This document shows positions 49,501 through 64,000 of a DNA stretch of 64,000 nucleotides, one piece after another. The stretch comes from Klebsormidium nitens (lineage: Eukaryota; Plantae; Klebsormidiophyceae). Numbering within the stretch: position 1 is the stretch's first letter; the number at the start of each line of letters is the position of its first letter. The stretch is from contig DF236997.1 in assembly GCA_000708835.1 (NCBI GenBank), positions 124,001 to 188,000 of the forward strand. The letters run 5' to 3'. Made by a program: the position numbers and the translations under genes. The notes under the pieces are model-generated. The model worked only from the letters and a program-made list of their open reading frames with translations. It ran no database searches and had not been told where the DNA came from.

Positions 49501-51157
49501 TGCTGCAGTCACTCGGCCCGCTCGTGCACTTTCAAGTCAAAGTGTCTTTTGCAAACCCCTCCAGTTTCTCATCATTTGCTGTCCACGGGCAATTGAACGA
49601 ACGGTATTATTCCATACGGTACACGTTTGAACTCTATTCAAAAATGATCGGTGCCTTCATCCACCTTGACTCGTGTACTCTTCAGCCGGGTGACCGCCCA
49701 CCGTGTATATTGCGCATCTTTGCAGTGGCGCGCTCGACATATGTTTGAAAAGGTGCTTTCACAAACATGCGCAAGCTACGTAGCCGCCCCTAGCTAGCTC
49801 AGTGCGCTTCAATCGTCCGCTGAGGAAAACACTTTTCTGTTCGTAACTTCGTAACATGTCACACGTGTGCATGTGAATATTTACTGAACGAAGCGAACAT
49901 GTGAGTGCTAGCTCTAGGATTCGCACGCAGGATCATGAGCATGATCCGACGGAGCTCATGGGAAGCGGGCATGTCGAACTGCCGCGCTCTTGTCCGCGTA
50001 CTGTGATTGCAACTAAGTTCCACCGTGACGGCAGCTTAGTCCCCTGTCGAGTTACACATGACCGCAGCTGCCCGTTCTCAATTTGGTTATTACGTGTGAT
50101 CGTTGAACATCGCCGCGAGCCATGCCGACGTTGAAGTTGCCGCAGTGCTCGCATGAAGATACAATAAGCTAGCATCATCTCCTTTCAACGATGACGGTTT
50201 AATCAAAACACGCAGTACACGGTGTCAAGCTATAATGATAGGTAGGTAAGGTGCTAACTTGAGAATAACTTCTCGCGCAACGTACCGTGATCAGATCGCC
50301 CATGCATGGCTTTTGAGGTGGACTCATTCTTTGCCTGTAAAGAAGACATAACTAGGGCCGACAGCATTGCGACAACGCCTGGCGGGCAAATAGGCCGATG
50401 AGGTGTTAAAAAGAGGGACAAAAGATTGCAGCCCACAGATTTAAATCTCAGATTCATTCGAGGACAGATTTGTAACCTTTGTTGCAGTCTCGAGACCAGC
50501 GCGGCGTGCACTGCAGACAGAAAGTGCAAGATTGCTCTGCTGCACAGACTTTGAGTGGATTCGTCGTTTGAATCTGGACAGCAGCCGCATTGATTGCAAT
50601 GTCCTTTGACGGTTGCCACACGTGAGAAGCTTCGTGCATGCATCCCGCGTCATGACCATTGCTTGCTTTCTGTTGAGTCTGAGAGTCGAGAATCCGCAGG
50701 AAATCGCATCGAAAGGAGGTACTTTCTGCGTTACAGCAGATCTGATCCGCTGTAGTCCGAATTGAGGACTTGCTTACAAGGACAATCTATCGTAACGCTT
50801 CAGCTGATCTGCACTGCGCTTCTTCGCCTAGCTTTCCTTCCAGTTGGGTACTTCTCGTCTTCCGACGCGTCTGCTGATGGGCTCAGCATTTCCACTACCG
50901 GCGGGCATCAAGTACCCATATGCTCCTGCGAGGCTGACTGGGCAGGTCAATCTGCGAGAGTGAGTGAGATCCGTCCACCCAGCACGACTCAAAAAGCCAG
51001 CAATTGGCAGGGGTTATTTCAGAAACACAGAGATCCATTTCAAGCATTTCCAAACTCTTCTGAGCTCAAGCAAGCCGCTCAAACCAATTCGCATCTCGCT
51101 CGAACGCCCTTGTCGCTTTGCCTTTCTATCGAGATCAAGACAACTGGATTGAGCACG

Positions 51158-54056
51158 ATGGCGGGGCTTCGCTCAGGATGTGGTGCGTTCGGAGCCCTTC
51201 TCCTCCTGCTCCTTGTGTCTAGACTCGAGGTAAGGCTTCCTTCTTGTATCTTCGAACTTGTCCAAGAAATATCTGGGTGGAAGTTCGAATGACACATTTC
51301 TGATCTGCTTGGATATCTCTTGCATGTCGAATGAAATTCACTTCTGCATTTGCTGGCAATCACCTTCCATCTGCGCATTGATCTGTACTCATGTTTTCTC
51401 ATCAACTCTTGATTGATCAGCAGTTGTCTTCAATTTAGTTCCTATCATTGCAAAGGTTCTGCTACCTTGCACGAACATTCCTCTTGATTTCTTTGCTCTG
51501 CTTTTGCATTTCACCATTCCATCGATTTGCTGCTGCATTGACCATGCAATCCCTCCTAACCAGATTTCCGTTCTTCTCGCCAGATTCACGCCGCTCGCCC
51601 GCTACCTGGCCAGACTGAGACTTTCTCCACCTCCAGAAGAACCCTGCTGCAGAACTCGAATCTCGGACGTGAGCAAGCTGACATCTGGCACGAACGGATC
51701 TGACCTGGGTTTGTGCATTGATTTCTTAGCATGCAGCTCTTCAATGTGAACACAACTTTATGCGGGCAAATCTAAGGAATTGGGAATCACTGGATACTCA
51801 AAAAGTTATTCTGGTCTTTGTTCTGAAAGTGTCAAGCATCAGACTTTCCTGAATGAATTATTTCCTTCTGGTCATTGATTGCAGCCAATCTGCTCGAGAA
51901 CGGAGACTTCGAAGATCCTGGAAATGTGAAGGATTACACGAAGAACACCCCAACTGACCTCCACTACAAGGCAAGCTGCTTTTCCATACAGTAGAGTTCT
52001 GGTTGTTGATGCATGCCATACAGCCACAGTAATGCATCGTTGAATCATGCTGTTTTTGATGCCTGAAGACGTTCTGTGGCCATTAGATTCTGATCCACTC
52101 AGAACAGGAGTTTCGAGTCCCTACACCTAATTGAGCAATCTCCTGCCTGCTGTATTAAGGGCTGTTCCTGTTTGCTGCCTGCAGATCTGGTCCGCTGCCA
52201 CGGCAGCTTCTGCCATTCCCGGATGGACAATTGAGAATGGCACAGCGGAGTTGGACGACTCTCAGCTCGTGTGGGCTCAGCCGAATGGCTCCAAGTGGGA
52301 TCTTGACATCTCAGGTGAGCAGAACTTCAAGCTTCCCTAGAACTGCAACAGACGTGAATCGTCGAAGTCAAACAGGTATGCTTGTCAATCTCTGTAAAGA
52401 TGGAATGGAAACTTCTGCACAGAGTTAAGAGGTTTCTGTTTCAGGCAAGTGAATCCAGAAAGAAGTAAATCTTTTGAAAGTCATCATGGATCTCCAAATC
52501 AGGTTTAATTGATGAGTTTCCCGTGTTTTGGATGCAGGGGATGGGCCTGGAGTCATCTCTCAGGTACGGTTCTGACTACTGATCTGTGGTAGCTTGCTGC
52601 ACGGTCCTGTTTGCACATTTCCACCATCCTCTTGCTCCTCGAGGGATTTCAAAAGGACCTTCGTGGTGTGAATCTGCCTGAATGTTCTGATCAAAATCTG
52701 AGATGTGGTTCTGGAGCCTTGAAACCCTGAAACATGGAATGGAGACTCTGAAATAGAAGGAGGTGGTCTCGACAGCTTTCTGAAACTGGTCTTTCTTCCG
52801 TGCAGACATTCGCCACAGTCCCCGGCCAGCTCTACCAGGGATCCTTCATTCTCGCAGGCAAGAATGTTCCCTTTTTCTTCTGGCAGTCAATTCTTTAGGC
52901 GCTGCTTTGCCTTTGTTGGGACTGCAAGTGTTACCCTTTTTGCCAGAGTTACATTGTATTCTAAGAAAATTGCAGACAAAGTTCTTTCCCTGAAGCACGA
53001 TAATGTTCCCAGTTTCAGACTGACATGCAGCTTTCTTATTCACATTCCTTGAGTGCTCTCCTCATCTGTCGTCTCTCCTTCAGAGCTCCTTGTATGCTTT
53101 TCAAAGTTGCGGACAAACCTCTTTCTCTGGAGGACGATCAATCTCTGTTTCCGGTTGCAGAAACTTTTTGTTCTCAGCCAAGAGTGCTCTCCTCATCTTC
53201 CGTTTCTCTTTCTGACAGGCAACGTGTACGGCCCGCCCCGTATCAAGAGCGTTGACGTGTCCGTGTCCGGCCCCAGCTCCGTGTACTACAACAACAGCTA
53301 CTCCTTCGACATCTCTGGCAAGACGCGCAACAACATGGGCTTCGTCACCAAGACTTTCACCTTCACCGCCGGCGCTGGCAGCACGAGCACCATCCGCTTC
53401 GCCTCCCAGGACCCTGCCAGCACCTCCTGCGGAGCGGTCCTCGACAACATCGTCGTGGCGGCAGGTGAGGACCCCGTGGCTTTCTGTTACGGGGTAGATC
53501 ATAGAACTTTAATGCGAGTTGGCCTCTTCGAAGTTCCAGTTCTAGTTTTGTGTCGCATTGCTTCCTGATCTCGTGCGCTTCGTTGATCTCATCGTCCTCA
53601 CAGATTCTCGTCAGATGAAACTCTTCTTGCTGGATTCTTGAAGTTCTGCTCTTGTTGAAGTGGTCACGAACGATCTGCGTTGACTTGCTGTTGGCAAATA
53701 CAAGCACTGACTGCCCTCCGTTTCTTGCAGTGCTGCCCCCTGCGCCGGCTCCAGCTCCTCAGGTCGCCGTCGTGCCCTCACCTGCCATGGTCGTGCCGTC
53801 CCCTCCCCCTGTGATCGTCGTGCCTTCTCCCCCGGTCGTGCCTTCTCCTCCGATCGTGCCCACTCCCCCGATCGTACCCTCTCCCCCGGTTGTTCTGCCA
53901 CCGCCCAGCCAGCCATCGGGGTACGGCTCCCAGCCTGCGGGCTATGGCGGCCAGCCTGCGGGTTACGGAGGACAGCCCACCGGTTACGGAGCCCAGCCCG
54001 GCCAGGTTACGCCAGGCCAGGTCACCGTTTACGGACAGGTGTTAGCGCATCCATAG
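51158..54056 (+). CDS. Secreted DUF642-like (galactose-binding fold) protein with Pro-rich and Gly-Tyr-Gln repeat tail, 8 exons, ~340 aa
   Basis: Exons 51158-51229, 51584-51668, 51885-51970, 52185-52314, 52538-52563, 52806-52857, 53219-53464, 53731-54056. Introns 3 and 6 need GC donors. Signal peptide MAGLRSGCGAFGALLLLLLVSRLEIHA; domain motifs NLLENGDFE, IPGWTI, ISQTFATVPGQ.Y..SF.LAGN, FTFTA, GAVLDNI. The stop at 54054-54056 is tentative because a donor at 54039 is possible. Confidence 0.82.
53731..53999 (+). repeat. Coding repeats: (V/I)VPSPP 18-nt units then four 21-nt GYG(S/G/A)QP units
   Basis: Units such as gtcgtgccttctcccccg repeated; the 21-nt units lie at 53916-53936, 53937-53957, 53958-53978 and 53979-53999. 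Confidence 0.9.
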
Positions 54057-54337
54057 AACAGAAGCGTCAGTTGTAGCGTTGCAGGTTTCGAGATAGCAGG
54101 TCAGCCAAGCAAGACCAGATGATAAGCAGCAGGTAGCATAGACAGATCAGTGTCAGGAGCTGTCTTGCGTTTGACGTAGCTCCCGTACAGCAGAAGATTG
54201 GCGAGTTGAGACGGTCAAAGACAGAACTGTACTATCTTATGACTACGCTTCTGTTATTGAAAATCTTAAGAGAGGCTGCCGCCAATATCGACGGTTATAC
54301 TCACTTTCGTGTCTGACATCTTCATTACTAGACGACT

Positions 54338-54369
54338 ACTCACGGCTAAGCAAACTCACGGCTAAGCAA
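54338..54369. repeat. Perfect 16-bp tandem duplication (actcacggctaagcaa x2)
   Basis: Read directly. Confidence 0.9.
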
Positions 54370-56138
54370 AATATTTACTGAAGCTTGCACTATTCTTATG
54401 TGTTTGTATTTGTAAAGTCAGGGCTAAGCTGAGTATCACTCCGCTATTGCATCTGACATCCTACTTCAAAACAAGAATAACCAGTCCTGCACGATGGCCT
54501 ACTCCATACCATTTTGAAGTATCCCAATCCATGAGTCCGCTGCAACGAATTCGGGAAACGGCGTGCACATCCAAGACGTGAGGGAAACTTATCTGAGGTC
54601 TTCAGTGTTAATACATAACCAGACTTCGCTCAGTGCTTCTTTCAAGTAGACAATCAGGAACACTCTTCAAAAGCTTTTGAAGATTTTATTAGACTTTACA
54701 ATCAACCAGCTGGTGGTCCTTGCGTAACCACGTACGTAAGGCTACCTGCATTCTCACAGTTGTAACATATTTGCCACAGCTGTCAGACTTCAAAATGAAG
54801 ACTGAGCCAGCAAAGAATTTGTTTCATTCCGTCGCACTTACCATATGAGTGCATGCGCCCAATGTTCGACGACACTGTACTTGAACTGACAACCTAAAAG
54901 TACTGTATCGCAATAATCGCATAAAGTTGATGAGTCAGCGGCGAAAACCTGATGCTGGCGCACATGAAGTTCTTGGACAAATACTGCAACCTGTCCTTCA
55001 ATTGCATCTGTTGGATTGTCGTCCTCGACCTGTTCTCACACGTGTACAGAGGTCTTGATGAATAAATCGATCGTCAGCATTTGATCTCGGAGCAGTTGCT
55101 ACATGCATGAGTTCTGTCAAAGACGAGAGCATAGCAAGTTTAACTCGATTCCATCATCCAACGATAAGTACTTCCCTTGGCTCTTTCAGGATCGTATGCC
55201 TGGCTTCGTAACCGGCCGCGCTGGCGCTCCAAATCTTCGTCGGACTCCATTGCTGCAGCGCATGCAAAGTATTCGGTGTACCGTACGTGTCACGGTCGGC
55301 GATGCACTGAGGCTCGGCCGCGGACGCCGGAACCGCTATTCCGTATCAGAGTAAGTACAGTTCGGACGTAGGTAATGGATAGCAAGTCCGCCGGAGTCCC
55401 TGTAGGCTGTCCATTCCGGTCCCGACATCCGACCGGAACCTTACGCGGGCGCGCGACGCTTCACATTCTCTTGATATGCGGACCGGTTCAATGACCAGTT
55501 CAAATGAGGTGCAATCCAGACTCCAGTGCTTCCTACCGACACGGTGCAAAGCAGTACTTTGGCTTCTCAGCTGGGCCTGACTGGAAAAAGCGCAGGGCCA
55601 ACCAGATCCCAACCAGATAAGTAGGAAAAGGTGCAATGCTCTATCTGACGGCAAAAACTGCTGAGGCTGTAGTTAGAAGTATCAGTAGTGGAGTGAAGGG
55701 AAATACATCTGCAAGGCTTTCGGCTGCAGTCTCTCAGAATAGAGCTGCAGCCCAGGCAGTCAGTATCGAGCATCTTGTGATTGGTTTCTTTGTTGCGCAG
55801 TGCGCCACATATTACAGGTTCGTAGTCAGTGCGCACCTCAAAGTAATCAGATCAAGGCAAGCTCGGCGAGAACGTGGACCATCTTCGAACCGAATCCTAC
55901 GACTGAGGCAAAGCAGTCTTCTCAGTTGCATACGTGCGGTTCCTCGCATCAGCTTCTGTGAAGACGTTATCAGAGTCGATTCTCCTGACAACTTCGGCTA
56001 TCACTCTCTCCAATTTCCTCACCGGGTTTAGAGCCTCCTACTCCGACGGGTTGCTAGCGAGCTTTCGTTTTCAGTAAAGACGCTTCAAAGGCGTTGTCTT
56101 TGCTTCTGAGCCCTCCCTCCTCCCAAGACACACGCACC

Positions 56139-61454
<5,316 letters not shown>

Positions 61455-61648
61455 CCGCGCAAACGACCGTAAAACAAAAAGCCGCCGACGCCATGCCGGA
61501 ATGAAAGCGCGATGCGTAGGTACTGAATTGAAGACTCAATGGTAGCGTTTGCGCGCTTTTTACGTAATCATGTTGATACAGCTGTTGAGTAGGAACCATC
61601 AACAAAGAGGCATGTTTTGATCAGAAGCTGATGAGATTATGAATGAAG

Positions 61649-61676
61649 TGGCTTCTCGTCAGCTGGCTTCTCGTCA
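61649..61676. repeat. 13-bp direct repeat with 15-bp period (tggcttctcgtca x2)
   Basis: Read directly, downstream of the kinase stop codon. Confidence 0.75.
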
Positions 61677-62385
61677 TTCATTCATGCTCCGATCCTTTTT
61701 GATCTGATGGTTTAAAGATTGACAATGGCCTTGGAAAGCTCCAACACAGCTGGATGACAAGTCTTCCCTTTCAAACCTACTGTATGAGTCCCCTTTCCCC
61801 TATCATTTCAGGAAAGGGGACTGCCCGGGTCTCGTCGAAGCTACCAAGCAATATGCATTCTTCTGTCCAGGCGTGCTATTCAACCGAATGGCAGGTTTGA
61901 ATCCTGGATGTCGAAAAGTTACTCGAAGTCAGAGAAGGCAATGAACCGGGCTTTATTGACGCCTTCTAGCTGAGCTCGAGCTGCGTGGAATTCTTTTACA
62001 CATGGAGCTGCTTTCGTGACCATTCAACTAGAGACATTGGCTGGTTCAGTTGTTTCCATCACGAATTCGTCACTGATAGATTCTCGTGAGAAGATACTCT
62101 GAGAGTTGCGTGTCCTGCAAAGTTCGGCCTTAAATCCTCCTTGTCCACTTTTGAAATCATCTCGCGTGGCCTGTGCAGCGCGCTCTAGGAAATGAATGCA
62201 AGTGGGACTTGCTAAGTTTTGATTTGCTAACAGGCTTAACAACGATACCTGCGACTTTCCGACTCTTGTAAGATTTTGCTTCGGAGAGGACGACTGACCT
62301 TGCCTACCGTTGCATCGGTGCAAGCAATCAAGTTACGGTTCATAGGGTCGTTGCTCTTGCCCCGCTTCAATTTGAAGAAAGGTCA

Positions 62386-62395
62386 TATATAAAAG
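62386..62395 (+). promoter_or_regulatory. Possible TATA box (TATATAAAAG)
   Basis: Canonical TATA sequence about 135 bp upstream of the candidate ATG at 62530. Function is unproven. Confidence 0.3.
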
Positions 62396-62529
62396 GTCTT
62401 CTAGGGACAAACTTTGGCTCCCTGGAAATAAAACGAGTACAGCAGCACCAGATACTGCCTGGAACAGCACGCACGCTAGTCTCTTTCTGACATACTGTGC
62501 AGCCAGGCACTTAATCTTGGGAGGGTCCC

Positions 62530-63032
62530 ATGATGCATCAGCTGCTCGTGGGATATACTGCTATCTTTTCAAAGAGCCAAAGATCTGTCGCTGAGTCAAC
62601 CACCGAAGATGCGCCGCTTTTTCTTGCGATCTTTCTTGCGGCTCAATCTAGCGGTTCCGGCTTGCTGTACTCACATGGCTCGGTGCGGCGGAAGCGGAAC
62701 GACGGAACATGGTTGAGTCGTCCGATGAGGACACGTGGAAAATCAACGGCTGCAGATGTAATGTGTCGTCTAGCCCACAAGGGCACAACATTTCCAGCGG
62801 CTATATAAGAACGAAGCCTGGCTCAATTCAGCGGGCCTCGGCCCGAGTGACGGAGTGGGGGCAACCCCTCACATTGAGGCAAAAGGATACGTCCGAGAGT
62901 CCTCGGCAGGATACGTCCTGCGCCGACACGTCCGCAGCCCATACGTGGGCTTTCAGATTCGCAGTTGGAAGCATTCTGGCCGCACTCGGGACCCTGTGTG
63001 CTCTTCTCATCATCTTGATATACACATCATGA
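62530..63032 (+). CDS. Candidate small single-pass membrane protein (orphan), 2 exons, ~132 aa
   Basis: Model 62530-62547 + 62652-63032 (weak GT donor; pyrimidine-rich TAG acceptor) gives a signal-peptide-like MMHQLLRFRLAVLTWLGAAEA, a Cys/N-glycosylation-site segment and a hydrophobic C-terminal helix. No homology recognised. Confidence 0.3.
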
Positions 63033-64000
63033 TACCACCGTCCCTCATATACTTTCACCATCACCGGAAGGATTCACCAACTCCGTCTCGTCTTGTGGAT
63101 GGAAAAGTAGATCAGCACATGCGATTATGCAGACCAAATTCATGTTACAGATGAAAGCTTTGGGGAAGATACCCGCCGATACTCTTTGGACGTTGTGGAG
63201 TTTGTCCTGTATACCTAGACCCGCCCCTTGCGTTTGTTCAAGTTTGAGTCAAAGGTGGGAGATTTTACAGCAAGGAGCTGCGCTGCACAAACACTTTTCG
63301 AAGGCCGTTCCCGCTACCCCTGGTTGAGCCGCTTTATCCAAGCTTTGTTCAAAGTCAGACCCTGATACGCACGCACAAAAGGTGCAGCAAGGGAGAGGGT
63401 CTGAATAAACCCTGACCTTTTGGCTGATAGGTAGAGCCTATCCGCAAAGCCCCTCGTTCTCCGGAAGACTTGTGGATTCAAGAGAGCTGGTATTCAAGAC
63501 AGACGGAGCCCGCAAGCAACGGGCGGGCACCCAGCGCGCGCCATGGAGGTCAATGCTTTGATCTCTTGCACCAGATTTGCGCCCTGGCTGAATCCCAGTA
63601 TGCATGTCGCAGCAACCTTGGATACTACATGCTTTAGAGAATCCTTGTTTCGAAGCTGACGTAGATTTGAGCGATCGTAATCACCCAAAAATGCAATCAT
63701 CAGAGAACGGTGATACTTATGGTAGCTCTAACGACGCCTCTCGCACAGGAGAGTCAAGGGCACCTTTCATACTTAAAACTTTGTCATTTTTGCGTCACTC
63801 GCCACCCGCTGGGAAGCTGATCAAAATGTGCTCGCTTCATGAAAAGAGCGCTTCTTTGCGGATCTAACCCAAGAGAGGCCGCTGGAATGCCATTCCTACT
63901 ATGATTCTGGGAGACTCTGCAATCTATGATGGCAGCGGCCGGCTATGCGAAGGCTGGGGAGGGCACCCCGCACTCGGTACCTGCTAGTACTAGCACGATG

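Noticed and set aside
50254-50643. 129-aa minus-strand ORF between the MBOAT and DUF642 genes
   Set aside because: No motif, no codon bias and no supporting splice structure.
55636-56031. 131-aa ORF upstream of the kinase
   Set aside because: It lies wholly inside the inferred intron 55351-56074 and has no recognisable features.
62881-62890. Perfect U12-type donor (GTATCCTTTT) on the minus strand
   Set aside because: About one such match is expected by chance in the window, and I found no U12 branch site or exon context.

Overview
Gene-dense, intron-rich eukaryotic nuclear DNA (GT-AG introns, GC3-rich exons). The gene content points to a streptophyte green alga, Klebsormidium-like (inference, not verified). 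I reconstructed 12 protein-coding genes by hand, checking exon phases: ArfGAP (+), PITH-domain protein (-, largely hidden from the ORF track), phototropin (+, 18 exons), VIT1/CCC1 transporter (-), phytyl-ester-synthase-like acyltransferase (+), strumpellin/WASHC5 (-), PRP38B/SRL1 (+), SMUG1 (+), 6-phospho-3-hexuloisomerase-like SIS protein (-, intronless), GUP1/HHAT-like MBOAT (+), a secreted DUF642-like/Pro-rich chimera (+), and an AGC kinase (+). The PITH 3' end and one MBOAT micro-exon remain unresolved, and there is one weak orphan gene candidate near the end. The top finding is the kinase: an Akt/SGK/S6K-type catalytic domain with intact PDK1 and TOR-type motifs is fused to an N-terminal class-I-myosin TH1 (PH-like) domain, and an in-frame upstream exon may add an Arg-rich transit-peptide-like leader. 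Other highlights are a bacterial-like SMUG1 with a long N-terminal tail, a DUF642-HRGP chimera that needs two GC-AG introns, an HxlB/PHI homologue with no partner gene in the window, a full-length strumpellin, and a one-base frame anomaly in the MBOAT gene. I recognised no rRNA, tRNA, CRISPR array or transposon. All family calls come from motif recognition; no database searches were run.
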